From IMG/VR virus record IMGVR_UViG_3300009502_000041, positions 10,271-74,270 of that record: 64,000 bases of DNA; one strand, 5' to 3'. The notes beneath the pieces are model-generated. The model did not search any database. It saw only the letters and a list, made by a program, of their open reading frames with translations, and was not told the origin of the DNA. The DNA comes from a virus. A program made the translations under genes and the position numbers. This document shows positions 39,255 to 49,762 of this stretch, piece by piece; positions within the stretch are counted from its first letter, which is position 1; each line of letters opens with the position of its first letter.

Positions 39255-40379
39255 ATGGAAAATAATGCAAAGACAAAACTTTTTGAGGAACAACTTAGAA
39301 AGTTTAAATATCGTGTTGATTATAAAGTAAACGAGTCTCCAAGATATCGTCCATTAGTTGGCGAAGACGAAGAGTTTGATGAAGTTCCTTCATTAACCAA
39401 TGAGGCTGGCGATCAAGAAGATGCGCCAAAACCAGAGGGAGCAGTTCCTCCAGCACCAACAAATGATCAGCCAATGGGAATGGAAAATGATTCTCAACCA
39501 CCAGTACCAACAGAACCACCAGTACCCGCATTTGATGCAGCAGGTGGAATGCCACCTCCAGATGGAGCACCCGCAGGAATGGACGGTATGCCACCAATGG
39601 GAGGTGCACCAGTTGAACCACAACAACAGGTAGATGATATTCAGAATGAAATTATTAGGCATAATATTGAGGCAATGAAAAGTATTCATGATCAATTGGA
39701 GAGCTTAAATAATATGGTTCAGGGATTAAATGGTAAGTTGGAAACATTGGGTGCTGATGTTGAGGAAGTTCGTGAACCAACCAACACAGAAAAACTCATG
39801 AATAAATCAAAAGTTTCGTATCCATATTATTTTAATTTAAATGATTTATGGACGGGAAACTGGTTTAATGAAAAGAGAGAGCAAGAAATGGAAAAGGGTG
39901 TAAGGGAATTACCTGACGGTACTTTTATTGCAGATTTTGATGATTTGCCTCAAAAATCTAAAACTGATGTTCAAAATAGTTTTAATGAGATTAGTGAATC
40001 TAAAAAAAAAGTTAAACTAAAAGAAGATTTTGAATTGAACACCAAATCTGAGATTGATGGTGTTTCAGATAAAAAAATAGCAATTAATCGAATTTACAAT
40101 AAAGTATCGCCATTAATTAAGGGATTTTTTAGTGATACTGGTTGGGAAAATGTTCATAAAGTTTTTAAGGTTTTTGAAAGCATGGGCTTAGATTGGTCAA
40201 TTGTTAAAGCGGAGTATGATGGCTCTATGCCACCACAGCGTAAGACTTGGTATTTTGAAATTAGTTTTGTTGACAAATTAGGTAAACCAAAACGGATTGG
40301 CGGTAATTTAACCGCAGCTGGTGCTGGAAGAGTTGAAGACCCTTTAGAAAGATATGATATATCGTTAGTACTATATTAA
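39255..40379 (+). CDS. Pro/acidic-rich coiled-coil protein, possible head scaffold or internal protein
   Basis: Pro-rich disordered tract, coiled coil, VNE/LKE motifs. Confidence 0.65.
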   Translation: MENNAKTKLFEEQLRKFKYRVDYKVNESPRYRPLVGEDEEFDEVPSLTNEAGDQEDAPKPEGAVPPAPTNDQPMGMENDSQPPVPTEPPVPAFDAAGGMPPPDGAPAGMDGMPPMGGAPVEPQQQVDDIQNEIIRHNIEAMKSIHDQLESLNNMVQGLNGKLETLGADVEEVREPTNTEKLMNKSKVSYPYYFNLNDLWTGNWFNEKREQEMEKGVRELPDGTFIADFDDLPQKSKTDVQNSFNEISESKKKVKLKEDFELNTKSEIDGVSDKKIAINRIYNKVSPLIKGFFSDTGWENVHKVFKVFESMGLDWSIVKAEYDGSMPPQRKTWYFEISFVDKLGKPKRIGGNLTAAGAGRVEDPLERYDISLVLY

Positions 40380-40381
40380 TT

Positions 40382-40828
40382 ATGAAAGTATTTCATTCAC
40401 ATGGTACAAAAGAAAGACTCTTCGAAATGATGAAAAGGGTTAGTAATCTTAATGAACAATTATTGCCGTTTCAAAAAAAAGATGAAATTTTAAATAATTT
40501 TGTTGAGTTTGCAATAAAAAAACTTGATTTGGAAAATGATTCACCAAATGTGGTGGTATCTCATAAAGATAATGATGCTGAAGAAATGAAATCTTTTGGG
40601 AAATTTTTCCCCGACACTAACGAAATTAAGGTTGTTGGAACAAACAGAAATTTAGCTGATGTGTTAAGAACGATTGCACATGAAATAGTGCATTACAAAC
40701 AAAATAAAGAGGGTAAATTAAATCAAAACTCAGGTGAGACAGGAAGTGCCGAAGAAAATGAAGCAAACGCACTTGCTGGTGTTCTTATGAGGGAATTTGG
40801 TAAAATGCATCCAGAAATATTCGAATAA
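40382..40828 (+). CDS. Zincin-type metallopeptidase-like protein (HExxH)
   Basis: LRTIAHEIVHYKQ...ENEANALAG. Confidence 0.75.
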   Translation: MKVFHSHGTKERLFEMMKRVSNLNEQLLPFQKKDEILNNFVEFAIKKLDLENDSPNVVVSHKDNDAEEMKSFGKFFPDTNEIKVVGTNRNLADVLRTIAHEIVHYKQNKEGKLNQNSGETGSAEENEANALAGVLMREFGKMHPEIFE

Positions 40829-40840
40829 AAAATTTATACA

Positions 40841-42874
40841 ATGAAAATATACAACCAAATTGGTAGTAAAGACAGACTTTTTGAAATGATGAAAAATGTC
40901 AACAAAGTCAAATTAAATGAAGATTTTAATGCAAACGCATCTGACATTCTGGATATTGAGTTTAATGGACTAAAAAACCAAACACTTAAAGTTCAACAAA
41001 GTAATGTTCAGGCAAGTGATAATAAAAGCTATGTTGAGTTGGTTTGTCTTGACGAACAAGGGAATGTAATAGACTTTAATTTCGAAGTGGAAGCATCTGA
41101 GGGTGATCAAGACGGTGTGTATAATATTAACGGAGCTAAATTATTGGGATTTAAATTTACGAATAAGGCTGGAAGTAATACAGTTTCAATTGATGAAAAT
41201 GGGTTGGCTCAATTTAATTCCTTGCATGGTAATGAGTTGGTTGATGTTGTTAGTAATTATGCCGATTTTGAGTCGGGTACACCAGAAATTGACGAATCTT
41301 TTGTAGAGATAGCAAAAAAAATTGATTCTTATCCATTCGGTGGTACGCCAAGAACAATGCAAACATCTAAGGCATATGCAGATGAAAAACCTACAAATCC
41401 TAAACTTAGAGTTAAATCTCCAGAATTGAATAAATATGTTGATGAGGGAAATTTACCAGTTAATGACTTGCCAGATAATAAAATACAAATTATAAAAACA
41501 GCAATTAATAATTTAGAAACAAAAGGCATCTCAAAAAGTATGTTAACAACTGGTGAGGTTAATTCTGAAATTCAAAGAATGTTAAGTAGTGGTGAAGCTA
41601 GTTTGGATGAAACTACAAATACAACCCAAACGGTTGATACTGCACCAACGGTTGATATAAAATCAATACCTGATTTTAATACCAAAGATATTAGCACAAA
41701 ATATTATGAAGAATTGCCACCAGTAACAAAATTTGAGGTAATTCAACAGGCACTGCCAATTACAGACAAACTTTTTAAAAACTTAGGTAGAAATCCACAA
41801 GAAGCATCACGAGAAGAATATGCTGACGTACTGAAAAGAGTTGCAACAAAAATGTATCAAAAGCATATGACGCAAATGAATGGAAGTGGTGATTTGGAAG
41901 AAGGGTTTGGAAAAAATCTTGCAGCAGGTGCATTAATGACGGCAGCTACAATGGGGGGTATGAATAATCAAGCACAAGCAGCACCTCATTTTGGTGATAA
42001 ACTAAAAGCAAAAATGGAAAAAGTTGGTGGTGGTGTTCAAAAAACTATTGATAATTTTAAAGATAGAGTTGCTAATTTTAGAACCCAAGGGGGTGGAATA
42101 CAAACAGAACCATCAGAAACCTCAACACAAACGTATGAGAGAATGAGTAAAGAAGACGGATTTGGACAAGGTAAATCACCAGACCAAAGTACAGCAAAAA
42201 AGATTGCACTGAATAATGCACAACATAATCTTGCTAGAGTCGCCACTGGAAATAGAACTACAGTAAATGCAAATGTTAATAGCACTAATATTACAGATGA
42301 GGTAACTTATAGAAATAAAGATACTGGGGAATATACGACATATGTGGTGGTGACAGCTAATGTACAGAATCTTAGAGAAGACGATGAAATGTCATTTGAG
42401 CCAAACGGCGATGAGGTTGAACAACTTGCACAAGATAATGAAATACGGAATGATAACGAAGAATCGCCATTAGAATTCGACCCAGACCAAGTATTGGCGG
42501 GATTAAAAGTGGAGATGGAAGAAAATCCAAATCCAATGGAAGCGTTGGAAATTGTTATGGGTAATTTGGAAGAAGACCCAGAATATTATGTAGTTGGAGA
42601 TGATAATGTCGATGGTCAAGAAGAAAATCCTTCGACCGAATTTACAACCGATGATACTGAAGATATTTTACTAGGTTATAAACAAAAGGGCGATGTGGAT
42701 GAAGAAATGATTGGTGCTACTGGTGCAAAACCTGTGGTAGATACCAATACAGCCAAATATGATCAAGATTCAGAAAGAAAATACAAAGAATACCAAGCTA
42801 AAGATTTTAATTCACTACCCGATAATGATAAGGAAGAATATTTTACGCTGTGGCAACAATTTAAAGACAAATAA
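40841..42874 (+). CDS. Multidomain acidic protein, probable internal head protein (LPP20-like and DUF5661-like segments)
   Basis: Leader shared with 40382; GQGKSPDQSTAKKIALNNA; DQVLAGLKVEME..ALEIVMGNLEEDPEYY. Confidence 0.65.
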   Translation: MKIYNQIGSKDRLFEMMKNVNKVKLNEDFNANASDILDIEFNGLKNQTLKVQQSNVQASDNKSYVELVCLDEQGNVIDFNFEVEASEGDQDGVYNINGAKLLGFKFTNKAGSNTVSIDENGLAQFNSLHGNELVDVVSNYADFESGTPEIDESFVEIAKKIDSYPFGGTPRTMQTSKAYADEKPTNPKLRVKSPELNKYVDEGNLPVNDLPDNKIQIIKTAINNLETKGISKSMLTTGEVNSEIQRMLSSGEASLDETTNTTQTVDTAPTVDIKSIPDFNTKDISTKYYEELPPVTKFEVIQQALPITDKLFKNLGRNPQEASREEYADVLKRVATKMYQKHMTQMNGSGDLEEGFGKNLAAGALMTAATMGGMNNQAQAAPHFGDKLKAKMEKVGGGVQKTIDNFKDRVANFRTQGGGIQTEPSETSTQTYERMSKEDGFGQGKSPDQSTAKKIALNNAQHNLARVATGNRTTVNANVNSTNITDEVTYRNKDTGEYTTYVVVTANVQNLREDDEMSFEPNGDEVEQLAQDNEIRNDNEESPLEFDPDQVLAGLKVEMEENPNPMEALEIVMGNLEEDPEYYVVGDDNVDGQEENPSTEFTTDDTEDILLGYKQKGDVDEEMIGATGAKPVVDTNTAKYDQDSERKYKEYQAKDFNSLPDNDKEEYFTLWQQFKDK

Positions 42875-42898
42875 GTAATTAAGATTCATACATAATTT

Positions 42899-42924
42899 AA
42901 AGACTGTTAATAGCAGTCTTTTTA
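42899..42924 (+). terminator. Intrinsic terminator
   Basis: AAAGACTGTT-AAT-AGCAGTCTTTTT. Confidence 0.8.
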
Positions 42925-42955
42925 TTTTTATAGTATTTATAGTAAAAAAAGAAAA

Positions 42956-45900
42956 ATGTCAACATTTCGAAACTATTTTTTAAAGAATAATACTTTAATA
43001 GATAATAATCTAACAAATTCTTCACAGAATCCAGTGTGTGAAATCTCATACGGGACTTATAATAAGCAAGTTAGCAGATTTATTTTTGATGTTGATTTAA
43101 GTAATTTACAAGATAAAATTGCAAATGGTTTTATTAACCCAAATAGAATTGTTAAACATGTATTGCATATGACCAATACAATTAGTGGTGCAGAACAATA
43201 TGTTGGCAAAAAATCGTATTCGTTAAGTATTGATAGAGCAACTAGTTTTAATTTAGAAGTTTTTAATGTTAATGAGGATTGGGATGAAGGGGGTGGTTAT
43301 GATTTTATTTATAATGATAGCCAATTATTGGATTCTACGGTATATCCACAAGCATCAAATTGGTTTAGCAGAAAAACCGCAGATACATGGTTAACGGCTG
43401 GAGCATATTTTAGTGGTAATACTGAAATAATTGGAACACAAAGATTCGAAACTGGTGGTGAGAATCTTGAAATAGATGTTACTGATTATATTAATCGAAG
43501 ATTATTATATGGTAATATTTATACTGGCACTACTAATTATACAGGTACTACTAACTATACTGGTGAAACTACGGGAACTACTGGTTATACAGGAACTACT
43601 GGTTATACAGGAACTACTGGTTATACAGCCACGACATTTGGATTAGGTATTAAGTTCACAGATGTTTATGAACAACTCGATCCTGAATTTAGACAAGCAG
43701 TTGCGTTTTATACAAAACATACAAATACTTTTTATGAACCATACGTAGAGACAATTATTGATGATACAATCACTGACGATAGAAATTATTTTTATTTGGA
43801 TAAAGATAATGATTTATATTTATATGCAAATGCAGGACAGTCACAACAAAATGTTATTGTAAATCAAGTTAATATATATGATAATGAAGATATGTTACTT
43901 GGTAGTTTATCAGGTAACTCAATAGTTAATGTAAGTAAAGGTGTTTATAAAATAACGTTAAACATTGATTCACAATCATATCCAGATGCCGTTATTTTTA
44001 GGGATGAGTGGATTATAACTATTAATAATAAAGAGATCACACATAACGGTGAATTTTATTTAATATCTCAGGATAAATATTTTACCTTTAATCAATCAAA
44101 CCAAATTGATTTTAATAACTATTTTTTCTATTTCTGGGGAATTGGGGAAAAGGAAAATATTAGAGCAGGTGCGGTTAAAAAAATTAAATTAACAATAAAA
44201 GAATTGTATTCAAACCAAGATAGTTTTTTACCATTAGAAATTGAATATCGTTTATTCACAACAGTTGGAAAAAAATACGAAATTGATATAATTCCGTTTA
44301 CTCTTACAAATAGAACTAATACTGGATATGAGTTTAGTCTTGATACTTCGTGGTTAATTCCCCAAGACTATTATTTACAAATTAGAATGAAAAATGGTGA
44401 TTATTATGAAAATAAGCAAACACTATCGTTTACAATTGTAAGTGACGGTATTTTTGGCAATTTATCACATAAAATAACCACAACAAAAGCACCTAAAACA
44501 ACCACCAGTACATCAACAAGTACTAGCACCAGTACCAGTACATCAACAAGCACTAGTACTAGCACCAGTACCAGTACATCTACAAGCACCAGTACATCTA
44601 CAAGTACTAGTACATCTACCAGTACAAGTACCACAACTAGTACAAGCACCACAACTAGTACATCTACTAGTACAAGCACCACAACTAGTAGTACAACCAC
44701 GATAGCGCCAATACTTAATCCATTAACATTGTCTTTTGACAGTATTTTAAACGCTAATTTATTAATTGGTGGGAATTCATCGGATGTTAATGTGTGGAAT
44801 ACATTTTTTGATTTACCCACTAACGGTAATTCGTTTGTAATTGCAACGGTAAGTGGAAATAGTGTAACTTTGCTTGGGGGAAACAATATTCATTTAAGAG
44901 ATTCATTATTCTATGTAAATACTGTTCAAGGTAATACAACTTTAGTATCGATTGTTGATAGTTCATGTATTATTTCATCAGGAAATCAAGGTTTTATGTG
45001 TTGTGTTTCATTAACCACAATAAGTTTACCTTTATTAATTTCGGATAATGGACATTTTCTTTATGGGTGTACTTCCTTAACAACCGTTGATTTACCAAAA
45101 CTGACCAATTCGGGAATATTTGGTTTTGGGTTTTGCACTTCATTAACATCAATTAATTTACCAAGTTTAATTACAACAGGAGATTATTGTTTTTATAATA
45201 GTACTGGTTTATATACTGTTAATTTACCATTTTGTGTTAATTTGGGTAGTACCACTGGAAATGACTATGTATTTGGCGGAATTAGTGGAAGAGCTATTAC
45301 ACTTTCCGTTCCTCCAGCACTAATGACGTGTAATAATGGAAATCCAGATGGAGATATACAAGATTTCCTGTTTAATAATAATTCATCAATAATTTCCCCA
45401 GTAATATCTTTAAGTTTTAATAATATTACAAATGCCGATTTATTAATTGGAGGGAGTTCGTTAGATGTTAATGTTTGGAATACATTTTTTGATTTACCAA
45501 ATAATGGAAATCCTTTTATTTCTGTGAGTGTTAGTGGAAACACTGTTGAATTATTTGGAGGAGAAGGTATTTTTCTTAAAGATTCATTATTTGATGATGC
45601 TGGAAGATATGGAACGAATTTATTATCTTTTATAGATTATGGAAGTATTATGAGCACTGGTTATGATTGTTTTGGGGCTGATAATAATGGGGGATGTCCT
45701 AATTTAATCACAGTGGTTCTACCAAGTGTTGCAACACTTGGTAATTATTGTTTTTTGGGGTGTTTTTCCTTAACAACCGTTGATTTACCAAGTTTGATTG
45801 TCGCAGGTCAAGGGAGTTTCCAACAATGTTCAAGTTTAATATCTATTAATTTTCCAAGTTTAATTAATATTAAAGACTATTGTTTTTATGGTTGTACATC

Positions 45901-47140
45901 ATTAATAAATATCAATATACCTGCTTGTATAAATTTAGGAACAACAACAGGAAATAACAATGTATTTTCAAACATTAACTCAAATATCATCACATTAACA
46001 GTTCCTTCTACATTGATGTCTTGTGATGGAGGTTTACCTGATGGAGATATAGTTATATTACAAGGAAATAACACAGTAACCGTCTTAACTAATGCGTTAC
46101 AAATATCTATGACGTTTGTGAACACAAGGAGTTTAACTTTTTTTATTGGCAATGATCCTAGTGATATCAATGCGTGGAATACTAAATTTAATCTACCTAC
46201 AAACGGTAATATATTTACTTCTGTTATTGTAAGAGGAAATTCTGTTATATTATTAGGTGGAAGTAATATTCATTTGAAAGACAACTTATTTAATCTTACT
46301 CTTGGTAGTAATGATAATGGCTTAGTGTCTTTTATTGATGGTGGATGTATTATAAGTGCAGGAAACAATGTGTTTGGAAATCAAAATCAACAAAAAGCCA
46401 ATAGTAGTTTAACTACAATTAATCTTTCTGCTTTAACTACTGCTGGAAATGATTGTTTTTCTAATTGTTTTATGAATTACTTTAATGCACCATTATTGGA
46501 AACAATTGGTAATTCATGTTTCTATTACTGTTATTATTTGACTTCACTTAGTCTTCCTAGTCTAATAACCGCAGGGAATGAATCGTTTGCTTTGCTGAAC
46601 TCATTAACAAATCTTGACTTACCTAAATTAACAACTGCTGGAACTTCCTGTATTTCTTCTTGTTCTAGTTTGACTTCACTTAGTCTTCCTAGTCTAATAA
46701 CCGCTGGGTATCGTTGTTTATATAACAATACTAATTTAACCTCTTATGATTTACCAAAATTAACAAGTGCTGGCAGTGAATGTTTTAGTGGTTGTGTAGC
46801 ATTAGTAAATGCTAATTTTCCAAGTTTAACTACTGCTGGAAATACTTGTTTTTCTTATTGTACAGGACTAGTAAATATTAATTTACCAAGTTTAACTATT
46901 ATTAGGGATAATTCTTTTACTGAATGCAGTTCATTAATATCAATTAATTTACCAATTTGTACAAATTTGGGATCAACTATTGGTAACAATGGTGTATTTG
47001 ATGGAATAATAGGAAATACAATAACATTAACCATACCTTCAGCATTAATGACTTGTAATGATGGTATAACCACTTTTGATCCTGATGGAGATATTCAATA
47101 TTTACAGGCAAATAATACGGTAAATGTGATAACCGTTTAA
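42956..47140 (+). CDS. Large virion-surface protein: conserved N-terminal domain, Thr/Ser linker, three BspA-type leucine-rich-repeat modules
   Basis: CTSLTTVDLPKLT..G..CF repeats (LRR_5/BspA-like) in three modules starting ~44723, ~45404 and ~46103; late motif upstream. Confidence 0.8.
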   Translation: MSTFRNYFLKNNTLIDNNLTNSSQNPVCEISYGTYNKQVSRFIFDVDLSNLQDKIANGFINPNRIVKHVLHMTNTISGAEQYVGKKSYSLSIDRATSFNLEVFNVNEDWDEGGGYDFIYNDSQLLDSTVYPQASNWFSRKTADTWLTAGAYFSGNTEIIGTQRFETGGENLEIDVTDYINRRLLYGNIYTGTTNYTGTTNYTGETTGTTGYTGTTGYTGTTGYTATTFGLGIKFTDVYEQLDPEFRQAVAFYTKHTNTFYEPYVETIIDDTITDDRNYFYLDKDNDLYLYANAGQSQQNVIVNQVNIYDNEDMLLGSLSGNSIVNVSKGVYKITLNIDSQSYPDAVIFRDEWIITINNKEITHNGEFYLISQDKYFTFNQSNQIDFNNYFFYFWGIGEKENIRAGAVKKIKLTIKELYSNQDSFLPLEIEYRLFTTVGKKYEIDIIPFTLTNRTNTGYEFSLDTSWLIPQDYYLQIRMKNGDYYENKQTLSFTIVSDGIFGNLSHKITTTKAPKTTTSTSTSTSTSTSTSTSTSTSTSTSTSTSTSTSTSTSTSTSTSTTTSTSTTTSTSTSTSTTTSSTTTIAPILNPLTLSFDSILNANLLIGGNSSDVNVWNTFFDLPTNGNSFVIATVSGNSVTLLGGNNIHLRDSLFYVNTVQGNTTLVSIVDSSCIISSGNQGFMCCVSLTTISLPLLISDNGHFLYGCTSLTTVDLPKLTNSGIFGFGFCTSLTSINLPSLITTGDYCFYNSTGLYTVNLPFCVNLGSTTGNDYVFGGISGRAITLSVPPALMTCNNGNPDGDIQDFLFNNNSSIISPVISLSFNNITNADLLIGGSSLDVNVWNTFFDLPNNGNPFISVSVSGNTVELFGGEGIFLKDSLFDDAGRYGTNLLSFIDYGSIMSTGYDCFGADNNGGCPNLITVVLPSVATLGNYCFLGCFSLTTVDLPSLIVAGQGSFQQCSSLISINFPSLINIKDYCFYGCTSLININIPACINLGTTTGNNNVFSNINSNIITLTVPSTLMSCDGGLPDGDIVILQGNNTVTVLTNALQISMTFVNTRSLTFFIGNDPSDINAWNTKFNLPTNGNIFTSVIVRGNSVILLGGSNIHLKDNLFNLTLGSNDNGLVSFIDGGCIISAGNNVFGNQNQQKANSSLTTINLSALTTAGNDCFSNCFMNYFNAPLLETIGNSCFYYCYYLTSLSLPSLITAGNESFALLNSLTNLDLPKLTTAGTSCISSCSSLTSLSLPSLITAGYRCLYNNTNLTSYDLPKLTSAGSECFSGCVALVNANFPSLTTAGNTCFSYCTGLVNINLPSLTIIRDNSFTECSSLISINLPICTNLGSTIGNNGVFDGIIGNTITLTIPSALMTCNDGITTFDPDGDIQYLQANNTVNVITV
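43520..43636 (+). repeat. 18-bp coding tandem repeat (YTGTTN/YTGTTG)
   Basis: ACAGGAACTACTGGTTAT-type units, about six copies. Confidence 0.9.
44498..44701 (+). repeat. Thr/Ser low-complexity coding repeat (~68 codons of T/S)
   Basis: TTTSTSTSTS...TTTSSTTT encoded with mixed codons. Confidence 0.92.
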
Positions 47141-47181
47141 ATTTTTATTTTTTAAATATAATTAAAAAATTTTAAAAACAC

Positions 47182-47212
47182 TTGTATTTATAATAAATGA
47201 AGGCTATATTTG
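47182..47212 (+). promoter_or_regulatory. Bacteroidota-type promoter, overlapping a GTATTTAT motif, upstream of SSB
   Basis: TTG 47182-47184, 20-nt spacer, TATATTTG 47205-47212. Confidence 0.65.
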
Positions 47213-47260
47213 TAGCACAATTATATAATTGAAAATAATTTTAACTGTAAATTTTTTAAA

Positions 47261-48487
47261 ATGGAAAACCAAAATTCAAATGCGACAAATGCCCAAGGCG
47301 GCAATTTGTCAGATTTAAAAAGAATGTTTAATGACTACCAGAAAAAACAAACCCAAGCTGGTTCAGGTAACAGAAAAACACGTGAGGACATCTTATCAAA
47401 GTACTTCGTCCCTCGTAAAACCAAAGAATTGTTTAGGATTCTTCCCCCAAAAGGAAACAAGAAACACATTGAAGAAGCATTCTTCCATGTTGTCACTACT
47501 AACGCTGCTGGTGGTAAGAAAAAGCACGGTACTGTTGTTTATTGTCCTGCTCACAATGACGTTAAGGTAAAAAAAATGGACAGTAACGGTAATCCTGTTT
47601 TGGATTCTTCTGGTATTCAAATTATGATTCCAGCACCATGTCCTTTGTGTGCAAAAAACAAAAAACTCATTGCAACACAAGATCAATCTTTAAAGGGCAT
47701 TAAGAAAGAGAACATGAATGATGATCAATTGAAGATTAAGGCAAAAAATGATGAAATCTACAAGGATGCCATCAAATGGGAAGCGAAAAAATTTTACATC
47801 GTTCGTGGTATTGACAAGGGTCAAGAAAAAGACGGTGTTAAATTCTGGAGATTTAAACACAATTACAAAAATCAAGGTACTCTTGATAAACTTCTTCCTA
47901 TAATTCAAGAATATATGGAAGTACAACAGGCAGATTTTTCTAACCCTCAGAATGGTACTGATTTAAGTATTATTATGACCGATAGCGAATTCAATGGTCA
48001 TGTTTACAAAACAATTTCTGCAATTAGTTATCGTGGTAAATCACCACTTCACAGCGATCCTTTGGTTGCAAGACAATGGCTTGATGATGATATTATTTGG
48101 AGAGATGTTTTTCTACCCAAAAGAGCACCAAACACAACTCCTTATGAGTTTTTGGAGATGATTGTTAGAGGAGAAAATCCTTATTGGGACGACACTGACG
48201 CATCTAACAAGCATTGGGTGTTCCCAAATCGTCCTGACTTGGAAGAAGCAGCAAATACTCGTAATCGTAATCTTGATGCCGATGCTGAAGAAGATTTTGA
48301 ACAAGCATCTGACTTGGATGAAGAATATCCACGTGTCACAATTAATAACATTACCGAATCAAAGGTAGGTACTTATAATGACAATGCATCTGATTTGGGG
48401 GCTGAAATACTTGCAAACGCACCAAAGGTTGTTGATGTAGTAGAAGAAGAACCTGAGAGTGATAATTATGAGGATCTTCCTTTTTAA
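47261..48487 (+). CDS. Single-stranded DNA-binding protein (T4 gp32-like)
   Basis: FRILPP, H...C..CPLC Zn ligands, GVKFWRF, NGTDL, acidic tail ending EDLPF. Confidence 0.85.
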   Translation: MENQNSNATNAQGGNLSDLKRMFNDYQKKQTQAGSGNRKTREDILSKYFVPRKTKELFRILPPKGNKKHIEEAFFHVVTTNAAGGKKKHGTVVYCPAHNDVKVKKMDSNGNPVLDSSGIQIMIPAPCPLCAKNKKLIATQDQSLKGIKKENMNDDQLKIKAKNDEIYKDAIKWEAKKFYIVRGIDKGQEKDGVKFWRFKHNYKNQGTLDKLLPIIQEYMEVQQADFSNPQNGTDLSIIMTDSEFNGHVYKTISAISYRGKSPLHSDPLVARQWLDDDIIWRDVFLPKRAPNTTPYEFLEMIVRGENPYWDDTDASNKHWVFPNRPDLEEAANTRNRNLDADAEEDFEQASDLDEEYPRVTINNITESKVGTYNDNASDLGAEILANAPKVVDVVEEEPESDNYEDLPF

Positions 48488-48509
48488 GTATTGAGATTTT
48501 AAAATTAAT

Positions 48510-48535
48510 AATAAGGGGATGAAAATCCCCTTATT
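48510..48535 (+). terminator. Hairpin/terminator after SSB
   Basis: AATAAGGGGAT-GAAA-ATCCCCTTATT. Confidence 0.75.
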
Positions 48536-48563
48536 TACATAATTTAATTAAACATAAAATTAC

Positions 48564-49667
48564 ATGGCAAAAATAGAAGAAGTTCCCTCAAACGATAAGG
48601 GACGTAAACCAACAGCGAAAAAAACATTTTCTTTGGATGATTTTAAGAAAAAAATAGGGGGAGAAGATATACCAGATAAACCATTACTTTGGATTCCAAT
48701 TGATAGTGCATTGGAAAATGTTACAGGTATGCCCGGTTTTCCGAAAGGATACATATCAACCTGTTGTGGTTTTTCGAACAGTGGAAAATCTACTGCAATT
48801 TGTTTAGGAATTGTTTCTGCACAGAAAATGGGATTACTACCAATAATTATTGATTTAGAAAATAATTTAAGTAAATATAGGTTAACCACAATGGGATTTG
48901 ATTGGGATGGTGATTATATTTTTATTGATAATGAATATTTACTTACAAATTTTGGTAAAGTTAGCGATAAGACTAGAAATTATGCCTCAATTGAAGATTT
49001 GGCTAATTGCATAAGATTCTTTTTAAAGGAGCAAGAATTGGGAAATATACCATATGACATGGTGTTTGCAATCGATTCTATTGGTACGTTAAATTGTAAT
49101 AAAACAATTAATGCTGCTGAAAAAAATGAGTCAGATTCAAATTTCTGGAATGCTGGTGCATACGAAAAAGAATTTATGTACCTATTTAATGATGTAATTC
49201 CAAACAGTAGAAAATCAAATAAGCCGTATACTAATACAGTTATTGCCGTTCAAAAAATAGGCAGAGATGCTATGAATAATACCATAACCATGAAAGGTGG
49301 ACGTACTTGGGAATATGTACCAAGATTGCAATATTATTTTGGGGGTATTTTATCTAAGGGGGTTAAAAAAATCACAGCCGTTTCAAAAAAGAAAGAAATT
49401 TCATATGGGGTTTCCGTAAAGGTAAATATTTTGAAAAACCAGATCGACGGCCCGCTTGGTGGTATTTCGATGGAAGGTTCAATTATATCAGTGCCACACG
49501 GTTTTATTACTGCAGAAGGGATTGAGGAATATAAAAAGAAAAATATTTTATATTTCCGTAATTTATTTGGAAACGATGAATTAACTGTTGATGACATTAG
49601 TACTGGTGAACGAATTGAAGGTAGTGATGGTAAATTATTATATGATTTTATTGATAAGTCTGAATAA
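48564..49667 (+). CDS. recA: RecA/UvsX-like recombinase
   Basis: GFPKG, GFSNSGKST Walker A, IIDLE, AIDSIG, KGG, ILKNQ. Confidence 0.85.
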   Translation: MAKIEEVPSNDKGRKPTAKKTFSLDDFKKKIGGEDIPDKPLLWIPIDSALENVTGMPGFPKGYISTCCGFSNSGKSTAICLGIVSAQKMGLLPIIIDLENNLSKYRLTTMGFDWDGDYIFIDNEYLLTNFGKVSDKTRNYASIEDLANCIRFFLKEQELGNIPYDMVFAIDSIGTLNCNKTINAAEKNESDSNFWNAGAYEKEFMYLFNDVIPNSRKSNKPYTNTVIAVQKIGRDAMNNTITMKGGRTWEYVPRLQYYFGGILSKGVKKITAVSKKKEISYGVSVKVNILKNQIDGPLGGISMEGSIISVPHGFITAEGIEEYKKKNILYFRNLFGNDELTVDDISTGERIEGSDGKLLYDFIDKSE

Positions 49668-49716
49668 GGGATATAATATAAATAAAAATAACTATTTAAC
49701 TGAGAAATAAATTTTA

Positions 49717-49753
49717 AAAATATTGTGGAAGTTTAATATTTCCACAATATTTT
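49717..49753. terminator. Hairpin between the recombinase and the GIY-YIG gene
   Basis: AAAATATTGTGGAA-loop-TTCCACAATATTTT. Confidence 0.65.
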
Positions 49754-49762
49754 AATTAAACA

